64,000 nt of DNA from Cenococcum geophilum (lineage: Eukaryota). The translations under genes were made by a program, and so were the position numbers. The notes beneath the pieces were generated by a model. The model searched no databases, was not told where the DNA came from, and was given only the letters and a program-made list of their open reading frames with translations. Positions within the stretch are counted from its first letter, which is position 1. Each line of letters opens with the position of its first letter. Positions 1-12,728 of the stretch are shown in pieces. The stretch lies in assembly GCA_050273025.1 (NCBI GenBank), contig CP158635.1, positions 23,684,001 through 23,748,000 of the forward strand, given 5' to 3'.

Positions 1-2400
1 ATATAATAAAATTGGACAAGATATATATGGTACTATATAATGGGGCATTTCAGACTTTATAGTCTGTGCTATTTTATGCCTAGTAAACTTAAGAGATTTT
101 TTTTAACACTTTAATATTATAGTAATAACAAAATCTAGATAAGCTAATAAGTGGGGTATAATATTTAACGTTAGGGGTATCTGCATTAAGAATAATATTA
201 CTTTTATAGTACTTGAGAATATTAAAGAGGAACTTGCAGTTTATTTTATTATAGTTGTTATAGATTAGCCGAAACTAAATATCCCTTTTACTATTTATAT
301 CTACGGATTTGTGTATATCCTTAATACGTTAATAGCTAAGCCCTACTTTTATATCGTTTACCTAGGCTAATAAACGTCTAGGTAGCGCTATAAGAAGCGT
401 TAGTCTATTAACTCTTTAAATTTAGAATATAGATTCTCATTAATATAGGTATACTACCTTTATAATCTATCCTATAAGGAGTATTCCGCGCTTTTAGCTT
501 TCCCTCCAGAATAAGTAAAATATAATCTATACTTTTTGCTCGGGAATCCTAAATGGCCTATTTATTAATATTAATTAATTAATTTAGTAGATGGGTAAAA
601 ATTGCGGTTACTGTCTTGCCTAAGCCTATCTAGTTAGTGCGTACACCGCTATTAACGTTGTCTTCTTTAAATATAATCTGACAATAGGCGGCAATTAGTT
701 AATATTTTTTCTCCCTAAAGGATTTTATAACCGGCTATAGTGGCAATAAAAGGCTACTTACGTTAAAGTTAGCATTAGAATTAAAATGGAGGCATCTATA
801 TACCTCCGGTTATAGATTTTCGTTAATATACTTGCATTTTTTCCTTATCGCTTAGTTAAAGCTAGGATTTAAACTAAATAAATATTGGTTTTAAATTCAG
901 AGAGCGTCTATATTAGATATATTGGAGATATATAGACGTACATGTATTAAAAAAACGTGGCATTAGGATTACTAATATCCCTTTTATTCTTATAGTCTAT
1001 AAAGTTGTTTTTAGCGCCATTACCTTTACTAGGGAGGGGAGCGCTATTATCTTTATCATTACTACTATTAGTAGACTCTACGTCTATAGCGTTGTCTAGA
1101 GTTATTATATTATTTTCTAATTATACTATCTTCTTAATCCTATATAGCTTAGGGGTATCTACTAACGCTAGCGGTAGAGATGGCTGACTTTTAGAAGTAT
1201 CTATATTATCCTTTTTAGATTATAGTATTATTTTCGCTAACGGTAGTAATCTTAGTAATACCAGCCGTGGACTAGTCGCTATTTTCGGGAATATAGGTGG
1301 GGATTAACAGCGGGTTAGTTAGGGTGGTATTATTACTAGAACTAGTAGATATTCTAGTGGCGACTAGTTTCTAAACACCGGTTTAAGGCGTTATTGGTAT
1401 AGAAGTTATATTATCTAGGGTCGGAAATGGGCCAGCTATAACCTATGTATTTAATAAGGATATAACTAGATTTAAATATTAGTAATATACTATAAGAGCT
1501 GAAATACCTATAATATAAAGCATTTATATAGAAGTCGGACTTCCGGCTTTAGCATTTATAAACTAGAGTTTATAGCGTCGCTAATTATAATAGCTAGCTT
1601 TTTCCTATATTAGGTAGGACCATAGCTATTATAAGGGCGCTTAGTGTTAAAGCCTATGGGCCAAATCTTACTACTAGGTATAATAGCCATTAATATAAGC
1701 TTGTCCTAGCATAGGCTAACTAGTGTCTAGTAGGCGGACTTATAAGGCTTCTGCTTTATAATAGATTGGAGATAAGACTAAGCAACGATATAAGCAGCAC
1801 TAGAATATATTGTTGTGAAGTAAGCTTATAGAGTTACTTTACTCTTAATAAAGTGCGGTAAGATCCCACTTAGGGCGTTGGCTGAAGGTGCTTTTAATTT
1901 ATTATAGTGATGCTTCTCCATAAGCTCTGGTGTTCTAGACTAGTGAGAAGGCACTAGGTTAAAATTATTCCTATTGCCTATAAATAGTGTTGCCCTCTTT
2001 TAGCTTACTAATTCTAGTCTTACTCCTCTTACCATTTTAATTTCCGCTCTGTAATAGTGCTGAGCAGCTCCTCTCTATAAATAACTAGATGGGATACTGC
2101 TTAAAGGCGGCAATTATTAAACGCCAACACTTCTATATTGCTGTATATCCTATACTTAATATATTCTTTAGCGCGAACATAATTATAAGTGCTAGGTATA
2201 TTTCTAACTTAGTCCTAGCTTCCCTATAGTATTGCCGCCTTAAGTTCTAATCTCTTAGGGTTTATCTTATAGGATAATTAGATAGTAGTTTTGGCGTTTT
2301 AGATAGTATTTATATAGGAGGGCAGAACTCTAATAGCGGGTTAAAATACGGATTCTAGAATAATTAATTAGCGTAATTAGCAAATAGGCGAACCGGTATA
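1..2400 (-). pseudogene. RIP-inactivated SNF2-family helicase/ATPase-like gene (runs off left edge)
   Basis: Minus strand 660-601 translates NSGVRTN*IGLGKTVTAI; de-RIP gives GGVRADQMGLGKTVTAI, SNF2 motif I. About 415-345 gives RLTLLIALPRRLLA*VNDIK; de-RIP gives RPTLLVAP...W, motif Ia. Near 140-110 is DFVIT (motif Ib-like). Intron branch/acceptor signals near 2355-2385. 5' boundary approximate. Confidence 0.65.
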
Positions 2401-2949
2401 GCACTAATAGACTAAGATATATAACTTGCTAAACTTAAATATAAGAAAGGATATAATATGAAAACTGCCGCTAGTAAAACATTTTATGAGTTGCTTATAA
2501 TATAGTAAGAAATATAATATAGAAAAGAGAAGGTTAAGGAGGGTTAAATATTATAGAAGTAAATGACCAGAGGCCAGATTCGCGACGGTAAGGTAAATTA
2601 ATTTTATAAATAAGTATAGAGATAAAAGTGAAAGTGCATAACCCTAGATATTGGCAATATTGCGAAAACGCATAATCGCCTAAGGGTAGAGGTATTTTGT
2701 AATTGGGATCCTAGGAAAATATAATTATTATATAAAAAATATAAATTAAAAGCTTAGGTAGAGGATTTGGATATTATAAATAATGTACGTATTCCATTCC
2801 TTAGGTATATGGCGCAATATTTAAATAACTGTAATATTGCGGAATCTTATAGTTATAGGGAGCTAAGTGTGTGCCTTAAATCCGGGATTAAAGGGAAGCA
2901 AAACCTATTAGTGCTAAGTGTAGCTAGGATGCGAGAAAGTAATAAGTTA

Positions 2950-3960
2950 AGCCTGTAATTATTATAGATATAAGATACCTTAAGTATATAATATAGTACG
3001 GCAGTATTTATAATATTGCAAAATATATTAATGTAATAGTCTAGTAGTATACCCTAGGTTAGGGATTAAGGGAACTAGAACTTAGGTGGTACTATTAAAA
3101 GGCGGGAACTAAGGTTATAATATTGCGACTATTATATATATAGTATACCTTAGGTGTGCGATACGGCACGCTAATATTTATAATATTGTAAATTATACCA
3201 ACGTATGGGTCTAGTGCTATACCCTAAAGCTAGGTGGTGCCGCTAAGAGGCGGGAACTAAGGTTATAATATTGTGACTATTGTATATATAGCATGCCTTA
3301 GGTGTGCGATATAGTATGCTAATATTTGTAATATTACAAATTATACTAACGTATGGGTCTGGTGCTATGCCCTAGAGCTAGGTGGTGCCGCTAAGAGGCG
3401 GGAACTAAGGTTATAATATTGCGACTATTACATATATAGTATGCCTTAGGTGTGCGATATAGTACGCTAATATTTGCAATATTACAAATTATACCAACGT
3501 ATAGGTCTGGTGCTATGCCCTAGAGCTAAGTAGTGGTGCTAAAAGGCGGGAACTAAGGTTATAATATTATAACTATTATATATATAGCATGCCTTAGGTA
3601 TACAATATAGCACACCAATATTTATAATATTGTAAATCATACTAACGCACGGGTTTAGTACTATGCCCTAGAGCTAAATGGTGCTGCTAAGAGGCGGGAA
3701 CTAAGGTTATAATATTATAACTATTGTATATATAGCATGTGATACAGCACGCTAATATTTGCGATATTGCAAACTGTACTAACGCGCGGGTCTAGTATAT
3801 GCCCTAGAGCTAGGTAGTACTACTAAGAGGTAGGAAATGAGGATGCGAGGAGGTAATATTGCGACTATTGCATATAGTATGCCCTAGGTATGCGATATAG
3901 CATGCTAATATTTGTAATATTACAAACCGAACTAACGCATAGGTTCGGCAGTATGCATTA
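2950..3960. repeat. Tandem array of ~148-bp units, ~6-7 copies
   Basis: The motif GGCGGGAACTAAGGTTATAATATT recurs at 3101, 3249, 3397, 3545 and 3693 (period exactly 148), with a diverged copy at 3829. Copies differ mainly by C>T/G>A changes. Confidence 0.95.
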
Positions 3961-4189
3961 GAACTAAAATTGTGAGAAATTAAAATCTAGTGATATTAAT
4001 AGGAGGTAATTTTAAGGTTAGTGGTTTATGAGAGTTAAATATCCGCAATATTACAGATATTGCATTTTTAGGTGTCTTATTATTAGCGGATTATATAATA
4101 CCTTATAAACTCCACGCGTAAGTAATTTATAAAAAATCCTCTATATACGTCTACTCCACTCCTTACTAACTATAAAGCTAGAAATAATA

Positions 4190-7100
4190 ATATTATATTT
4201 GCTTAATATATTACTACCCTAGTATAAGAGTAAGTTAAGCATTAATAAGCCGTAAATACTAGCTAAATCTATAATAGTTACCGCATACTTTATAGATAGA
4301 AGATATAGCTAATACCGTGCAATTTTATGTTTTACTAGTGGCGCGGAACGTTATAAAATAAAATATAAATATAAGGATAAAATCTAAAGGTAAAGTAACC
4401 CCTAGAAAAGGCGTAGATATAGGGATAAGAATAAACTGGTCCGATTTAACTATTAAACTACTAATAATAGATTTAATAACACACTAAAAATCGCCAACCG
4501 TAACCGATAAATATCTTCCGAAGACGAGGGCTTTGTATTGCGCAATAATAATATAGCAATTATTACTACTAATAGGATATCTACCCTACTATTAAATAAC
4601 CAGGCTATATGCTATAAGGTACCTACTATAGAGACCTCTATTAACTAACCGAAACCCCCCCTATAAGAGAGAGGATTATTATTAACTATAACATCTATTA
4701 GAATAGAAGGCTATATGGAGGTTACCAGGAGAGGTACTAGTAAACTAGTGTAATACTATGCAACCAAAGACGAGACGTGGCTGTATTAGTAATGCCCTAA
4801 TCTACGTAATAACGCCGAAACCGAATTTTACCTATTTTAAAGTGAAGCGGAGTATATACTTGCCCTATTCTTTGTCCAAGAAAAAGTGTTATAGGGGGCT
4901 ATTAATCGATTTCTACGAGACCCCTGGCTTGCTCCGCTACTACAAAATTAAATATCTGTAAAGAACTTAAACGACTTATTTCGGAGATATAATTAATTAA
5001 ACTAGGGTATTATGCCTAAAAAATGGGAAGAATACACGTTATAAGTTAATAAAGGAAAGGATTTAATAGAATAGACTGAATACTATATCCAATACAGAAG
5101 TATTATGCAGGTACTACGGTTCTTACTAGGTCACCAGCTATTTGCCCCAAATCTTATATACGCCCTAGTCCGACTATTTAATAACAATAATTCACAGATG
5201 TATATAGAAGTTTATACTAGCAACTATTAGTGGTATTAGTAGGACCAGCTTCTACTGGGCGCTATTATAGTACCGCTAGTTATTATAACTAATAAGACCT
5301 TACTGTCCGAATAAGGTGAAATAATAATATATCCAGTGTACGCTTTGGTGTTTAACTTAGATAGCCGAACTCGCTATATACAGAAACGCCCGGGTATAGT
5401 ATTACTTAGGTTTATTCCTATTATAAAGGGGTAGGTTAAATTAGAAGTATACTATACCGCAATAGAACTTATATTAGCCCGTAAGTGCTTTAAGCTACCT
5501 ACCCGTATATTACTAACTAATAGCATCTTAAGCGCTGGAAATAATTTCAAAGACTGGTATTTATATTGCCTATATAGACAGAAAGATAAGAGTATATTAC
5601 CCTATTATCTTATTAATAATGGCGGACTATAAGGAGTAAGTCGTAATTATAGGTATAAAGAATCTTCGATAATGCACTATATACCAGATACCGCCTGACT
5701 AGTAAGAAAATCTCTAGGCTAAATGGAAGTTCCGTAATTATATAAGCACAAGATAATAAATAGAGCTCCAATCCAGAAGGAATATTAAATAGTTAGATGA
5801 TGCTTGGGTTTACCCACAATAAAACTTTGCCTGGAAGTATTACTTAGTGAATATCTATACCTATATAACTCCTGATATACTGCACTAGCTTATAAAAGGG
5901 ACAGCAATTAATCTAATTAACTGGACTAAGAATCTCTTGCTTAAAAATGCAAAACTATAGCAATTAAAAGGGTAACTAAAGTGGTAGGGTTTAACCGAAG
6001 ACTATATTGATGCTATACTAAATAAACAATTTAGTTAAATACCGGAATTTGTTGGTATAAAACGGTTTAAAGAGTTTATATTAGTTAGTTAATGGACGGG
6101 CTATCTCTGGAAGGATATAATGCGATAGCTTATAGTAGTACTGGCACCCCTTATACTAAAGGAATATACGGGAGTAATACTATATGCTTAAGCAGTCTCG
6201 GACTTTATAATGCTTGCATAATACGCTTTATATAACGATAATACTATTAGGTATATGGAATATGTACTCTATATTATAGACTAGACAAAAACCGCCTTCT
6301 CTAGATTCCGCCTATTACACCGCGTAATATAGAAACGGCACTTTAATATTCTAAAGCTTTACGCTCTTACCTATTACCCCTACTATATCCGTAAGATAGG
6401 TAGCCTTACTAGTATAGACGTTAAGTATAGTAAGGTTATGCACAAACTTCTAATAAAGGTATTTTTTAATTACATAAATAAGCGCTCTGACTACTAAAAG
6501 TAATTGCTCCATTATAATACCCGGTACCTCTAAATAATGGCAATGGAAGAACTCTATATACTTAAAGTAACGAAACCTTTATCGCTAGTAGATATTGCTA
6601 AGGTAGTTTATACTATAACCCTAATACAACTAGTGGACCTAACCGATATGGGCTGGTTTATTAACTAGGACGACAGATATATAGCGGAAAAGGCTGGTAT
6701 CCTAATTAAAATATGGCGCTGGGTATATTAAGTTAAAAATAAAACAGGGCTTTCTGGTTTTATTAAAGCACTAGCTGTATTTTTATAAAAGAATTGTAAT
6801 AAGCAGGATAGAACCTCTACTACTAATATTTAAATGGATTATAGAGAAGAGGATTCTTCTAAAGTAGGCTTATACTTTATGTGTATCCATAACTTGGTCC
6901 AATATTAAAAGCGGGATAAAAAGAGCCTAGACTTTATGGCTAAAGAGTTTATCTAATATATATATAATTGGCAGAGCTAAGGTAAATGGAGACGAGACTA
7001 TATATAGGTGCAAGAGTATACGTAAACTACCACTTCTGGGCAGATATACCCTCTTAGCGGTATGCTTCCTAGAAAGGCTTAACTAATTATTATAGTTATA

Positions 7101-7469
7101 GACAAAGAAAGGTTAAACTTGTAGGGTAGGTGGCTTTAATATATGGGTGTTTTAGTTAACCTACTTCGTCTTAAAGATATAGGCCGCGTAAACGATTTTC
7201 ACGATATAGTGGAGGTGGAGCTATAGCAGCGATCTCTTATAAAGTGCCAACGAAGTATTAATAGACGTTATATTTATAACCTTTTATTAGTGCTCCGTAG
7301 CGCGTATATAGTGCTATTAAAGCTTAAATTAGAGCCCTAAAGCTTTTTTATTAATTCTTGGGTTAATTTTAATCAGTTTAATATATTATATAATAAAGAT
7401 TTTCTTTTAAAAGGTAAATAAGCTGCTAATAAATATATAAAGAGTTAGAGCTGTAAACGAAAAGTATAG
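4190..7469 (+). pseudogene. Plavaka-type transposase, RIP-inactivated
   Basis: Translation through stops gives MYIEVYTSNY*WY**DQLLLGAIIVPLVIITNKT (EM.T..WWW..Q.LP.GAT.VP....DKT), YPVY, PDILH*L..G (~5872), FNILKLYALTYYPYYIRKIG (~6341) and WRRDYI*VQE (~6987). These are conserved Plavaka-family motifs. A GTAAGT...TAG intron lies at ~4230-4278. Ends approximate. Confidence 0.85.
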
Positions 7470-7516
7470 TTATAAATATAGATTTTAATGAAAGCAATAT
7501 ATATAATATCTGCGAT

Positions 7517-7965
7517 AAATGCAATAATAGTAATAATATCTATTTTATAGCTATAAGCTGGCTTATTACTACAATATATATAGTATTGCGCTCTTTTAGC
7601 CATGGCTATTTAAGAATTGTAATGGCTCTAGGCTTTAGCAAATATGGCGGAAAGCTAGCCCCAGGCCCTAAAAACGCTTTTAGCAGAACTAAATTTCCTA
7701 CGCCACTCCCCGTTTTCCTGACGTAGAGCCTACTAGGAGGCCTTTAGGATTTCAATACCCTAATGGCAAAAAATGCAATAATAGTGATAATATTTATTTT
7801 ATAGCTATAAGCTAGCGTATAGCTCTAGGGGGTTAGCTAATATAGCAAAAAGCTAGCCCTAGGCTCTAGGGGGTCGGCTAATATGGCGGAAAGCTAGCCC
7901 CAGGCCCCAAAAACACATTTAGCGAAACTAAATTTCCTACACTACTTCCTGTTTTCCTAACATAC
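7517..7965 (+). repeat. Imperfect direct repeat, ~240-250 bp units
   Basis: AAATGCAATAATAGT..TTTTATAGCTATAAGCT at 7517 and 7771; AATATGGCGGAAAGCTAGCCCCAGGCCC...AACTAAATTTCCTAC at ~7642 and ~7880. Confidence 0.85.
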
Positions 7966-8127
7966 TAGCGCCTTAGCGGCCTACCCGTCTTCGCGTTAAC
8001 CCCTAACACTATTTCTCTTCTTCTTCCTCCCCTTAGCTTAGTACCTTTATATAGTAGCACTTATATAAGCCTATTATTATTTATATATAGATGGCAACTA
8101 TAAAAAGAAGAGTTGCCAGTGTTGGGA

Positions 8128-8207
8128 ATAAGGCAAGTAGTCATTATATAAGGCAAGTTGCCGCTATATAAGGCAAATTGCCATCACATAAGGCAAGTTG
8201 CCGTCAC
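8128..8207 (+). repeat. Four 20-bp subterminal tandem repeats (ATAAGGCAAGTTGCCRTCAY)
   Basis: Units start at 8128, 8148, 8168 and 8188; the last three contain the near-palindrome GGCAA(G/A)TTGCC. Confidence 0.9.
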
Positions 8208-9084
8208 GTGCCAATGCGGCACTAGCGTGGTAAGGAACCTTAAGTTCCTTACCCTTCCCTATTACAATATATATAAGCTTTACAAACAACAACAGAACAA
8301 CTACTACCTTATAAGACTAACAGGGGGAAAGAAGTAGTTAATTTATAAACCCTACGCGGTACTAAAGGAGTTAAATAACGCGTAGATTATAAATTAAATA
8401 AGAAAAAAGTAGAGGAGAAAGTAGATAAAAAAGCTCTACTACCTAGCTAACGCGTAAAATGCAATATACGTTGCATTTTATATAGGTAATAAAATAGTAA
8501 GCTTTAGTACGGGTTTCGGCGCGCAATAGAGATATATAAGTTTCCTATTACTTAGCGTATAATTAACCAACCAAATTATCCAAATATCCTTAACTTTTAC
8601 CAAAAGCTTTTACTTATCACTAATTCTTACCGCCAAGACAGCGAGCTATTAGCTAGCTGCAGTCTTATAGCTAACTAACTATCACAACTCAGTCAGCTAG
8701 CTGACTGCTTACATTAGCAGCCTCTTAGCAGCGAAGCTGACAGCGTCGCTAACTCTTGGACACACTGACCGCCGGTCGAAGTTGTCTAATTCCTGCCAAG
8801 AGGTTTCTCCCACAAGTCTCATCACGTGATATCGTTGCGGGCTTGTTTTCTAACACCCTTAACATCTAAATCTAGTACTTTTAGAGAGGCTTCTAAAAGT
8901 AGTCACCTAGTTATACCTAAAATCAGGTGCTCGGTTTTCAGGGTCTGCTTAATCCCCTGAGAAAACGTCCAGTAGCTTCTTCTCCGTCTTCTTCCCCGTC
9001 TCGAGTGGCTTGGCGAAGAGGGTGGTGATTTCATCGCCCTCTCCACACCCCGACAGGAAGACCGTCTCTTCCGGGAACCTTGTC

Positions 9085-9192
9085 TCATGAATACTCCGCG
9101 CTATCATGAGTACTCTACGTTATGAATACTCTATGCTATCGTGAGTACTCCGGGTTATCATAGGTATTCCCTATTATTGTGGATACTCCGCC
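9085..9192 (+). repeat. Degenerate ~19-bp minisatellite (TCATGARTACTCC...), ~6 copies
   Basis: tcatgaatactccgcgcta / tcatgagtactctacg / ttatgaatactctatgcta / tcgtgagtactccgggtta / tcataggtattccctatta / ttgtggatactccgcc. Confidence 0.8.
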
Positions 9193-9367
9193 TTCAAATG
9201 CATTTCACCGGCATAGAGTTACAATGTTTATTTGCTCAAATTTCACCACTCAAAAGCAGTTCATATTTTCGTGTCTCCATTCTCAAGAGTGAAGTAGGGG
9301 ATGACGACATGGTGCGATAAGAAGTGAAGAACTAAAGCGCGGTCACCCTATGCCGATAGCAAGGCTT

Positions 9368-11576
9368 CTACCATCCTACCCATTTTATCAAAGCCTTATC
9401 GTCCGCCATCGAAACCCAACAAACCAAGAAACCCAAGCAAAAAATAATGATATAAAACGGTATAGATAATGAGCCTGCCCTCAATGCCCTATTGCACAAC
9501 AACGTTGCCCTTTTCCTTTCCCTCTGCCATTCCGCTCTCCCCAGAAATACCAGCTCCTGAGGTTCACACAATGGCTGCAGATAGGTTACAACTTTGTGGG
9601 CATTACGCATCGCCGCAAGTTGCAAAGGCGTCCGAGAATCTCTGTCCAAAGCCCCGAGATCACTTGCAGCTCCCAATTCAAGTAGCCTCTTCACGGCATC
9701 AAGATTGCCTTTCGAAGCAGCATGATGCAGAACAGTGCGGCCTCTTAGGTCTTTGGCGTGTATGTCGAAGCCTCGTTCAAGGAGGTCGTTGATAGTTTGC
9801 GTTCGCCGGCTTTCCGTTGCGTAGTGAAGTAATGTTCTGCCGCGTATGTCTAATTGGAAGAGTGGAGTGGTGGGTTGGTTGAGGAGGTAGTATATCAATT
9901 CTAGATTGCCTCTTTTAAGAGTAAAATGGAGCATTGTTCTTCCTTCCTCGTCGACGTGATGGAGTTGGGAGGGTGTGTTTTTCAGACACCGTAGGATATC
10001 CGTTGTAGAGGACGTCTTGCTCCAAGAAACGTAGTGGGCGATAGTTCTTCCCATGTAATCTTGGATTGTGGTGTCTATGTCGTCCTGGTAGAACTGGATG
10101 ATTTGTTGAGAGGTCGTGTTGAAGAAGGAGTGGAGAGGTGTCCGTTGATCTAGGTCTTGGTGGTGCAAATTCGCCCCGGAGTCGATGAGACACCTTGCGA
10201 TATCGAAATCTACTTTCTGTTGCACAGCAAGATGAAGCGGGGTTCTAATAGGCTTACGTTAATTCGGAGGCTCTAGTGCATACATGCTCATGAATTTCTG
10301 GCACTTACTCGCCGAAATCATTCGTGGCGTTTACATCAGCCCCAGTGCGAAGGAGTTCCATAACTAAATCAACATGGTTTCCTCGCGTCGCAATCTGCTC
10401 TCCAAATCAGCTTTGGGTTGTGCGCGTAAACGGTCATAAGAGAACGTACATGCAACAATCCTTCTCCATGTTTGGTTCGGTCTGATATGCTGACTTGACT
10501 GGCTGCGAGTAATTGTCGGAGCACAAGCCAGTTCCCCTGTTCAGCAGCTAAATATGCGGAACTATCGAATGCTAGCAATACAGAAATTTTTATATTACAT
10601 CGCAAGCTAAGACTGAATGGCTGTATCAGTCTATAAGACCCAAATACTACAACCGATATTCGTTTGTGCACCATTACTTCCGTTTGGAAAGTGAACGAGA
10701 GGCAATAGCCCTCCTGTGCTGGCAAAACACTGTAGGTTTCTTTTCCATCTGGAGACCAATGCCTAACAATAACAGGCCCGGCTTGTATATATGCTGTTAG
10801 CGCAGACCTTTGGATTTCGCGCCAGTGCTTGACTTTTAGATCGACAGGGTCAAAAATTGTTGATAGATAATTGCCAAGTCGGTCTTCTCGAAGGCTTCCC
10901 TCACCAGAAGTAATGAAAGCCGAGTCCGGAACCTGTTGCTTCTTCTGACCCACCGTAGCTTCATATTGACCTCTTAATATGGGCGTTACTCTGCAATTTT
11001 CGCCGGCAACACAGACAGTAGTTGGAGCTGACTCTGCACACGCTGTCGGTGTTGCAGCTGCGGATAATCTTGTCTGTTCCACGATCCGCATTAATAGCTT
11101 CCTTAGGATGGTTTAGCTCATTAAGGCCATTGGGTAGAAATAGGTAAAACGAACAGATGTATTGCAGATGATGCTCGAGAGAATATCGTGTTCCACTGAT
11201 CCAACGAATTATAAAACTTCTTTAGCTGGCGATCTGACGATAACCACCTGCATCTTTCTCGTAAATGATATGTCCGGGACCGATCGCGCATGCTGCCTCT
11301 ACTTTGAATCTTAACTTTTATCTTTTCAACATCCTCCATAAATTTTCGTATATGCCACAATAAGTCTGTATCAACTTGCCACTCAGGGGGCAGTTCGCCA
11401 TAAACTCGGATGAGGGTTGATAGGGTTTGATGCAGACATCTAAGTTTGACTTTTTGGGACGTGATCTCATATGGCGCATCAGATATATCAAGTATGAAGT
11501 TATAAATGAACTTGCAAGTTGACCCAGCTGCAGCAAGCAAAGTCAAAAGGCTGGCGGCGACAGAGACTGGGTCCAT
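9368..11576 (-). CDS. Fungal HeLo-like N-terminal domain + ankyrin repeat protein with C-terminal transmembrane helix, 4 exons, 678 aa
   Basis: Exons 11576-11155, 11101-10450, 10394-10309 and 10244-9368 join in frame (2037 nt) over GT..AG introns of 53, 55 and 64 nt. N-terminus MDPVSVAASLLTLL...I.DAP.EI is typical of the fungal STAND N-terminal/HeLo-like helical domain. There are about 8 ankyrin motifs (GETPLHLA, GRTMLH, GRTLLHYA, GRTVLHHAASKG, RTPLQLA). Hydrophobic tail IPFYIIIFCLGFLVCWV. Confidence 0.9.
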
Positions 11577-12728
11577 GATTCAAGCCTCTCCGTAGATTGC
11601 ATGACATGGCATCTGTGATGATGAGACAACGGTCACCAGAAGAGGAGTAGGGCAGCTTACAGGTTAAATATAACTGCAGTTACCCAGGCGTACTCGACCA
11701 GGAGGTGAGGCTCTTGGCTCAAAGCATCGTGAGATCAAGGACCAACCAGAAGTCGGGTTGGATCCTAGGTGGCGCAGCCTTGCAGCGCCGATTACCAATC
11801 GGCCTTGATTTTCGCGATAAGTGGTCGCACACAAAGGGGCGCAGTTGCGAAGGCTGAATCGGGCTGTGCATTATAAACCGCCGCGCAAGGCAGCAGTCAG
11901 GGATTTTTTTCAACTCCTTTGAAGTCCTTACAGTTAACCCAAAGCTTCCATGCCTTCGTAGCTTAAGCGCTTTTAATGAATACCTGTGTATGATTGTTTG
12001 CTACCGAGCTAAGGTATCTATGCCTCAGGTCATTGTCAAATGTTGCAAGGCTGATGAGTGGTGCTAGGCTGAGAAGGGATCATAATGGCGCGTCCGCCCA
12101 CTCCTCCAGGCGCCGAAAGCAGCACAGAATATAGCATTAACGATTCCGTGTGGGTTTATAGGGCTGGTGAGCGCCGGCTGTGTCTAGGTCTATCATGATG
12201 CACGGACTGAGACTGAAGGACAGGGAAATGGAGAGAGGGCACCGTTACAGGGAAGGACGGCTCGAGCGATGAACGATACGTTGTACAAATTGGAACGAAT
12301 GCACCAGCAACGTACGGTCTAAATGATATACGGAAACGGTGATGAGAAAATGCGGTAGCCACAAATATGTCGAAAAGGTTGGCTTAGAAGCAGACAAACA
12401 TGGTTAGCGCTTTGCTTGGTATCAAATATAAACAGTAATGAATCCTCATGTATAGTGATTGTGATTCGGCGTTTGAGTATCAAGATGGCGGTAGAAAGGC
12501 TTGTTGTCTTTACTAGCCCTTCCGAGTTGAACGCATCACCCGGGTTGAACGCATTACCCACCATACATTTTTACATCAAAATGGATGCCACCACCCCAAC
12601 AACTGCAGAACGCTGGGGACCTGCCTATGAGGTTGAAGAGCGTATCGAGAAGGCCCCGGAGGTCCATCACAGAGGCCAATTTCCTTCGCGAAGTTCTTTA
12701 ATGTGATTATGGACCATGGAATTGGGGA

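Larger units (their letters stand above)
1..8229. mobile_element. RIP-degraded Plavaka/CMC-like DNA transposon (left end outside window)
   Basis: Contains a Plavaka-type transposase remnant, a 148-bp internal tandem array and subterminal repeats (7517-7965, 8128-8207). Candidate right terminus ...CACTAGCGTG at 8229 reads CAC- on the minus strand. Strong TpA bias throughout. Right boundary is inferred; no TSD can be checked. Confidence 0.6.

Noticed and set aside
2950..3960. CRISPR-like array
   Set aside because: Whole units repeat with no unique spacers, the context is eukaryotic and there are no cas genes.
8255..8768. Possible hAT end (CAGTGTGTCCAAGAG on minus strand)
   Set aside because: Only one end is seen, with no TSD or coding evidence.
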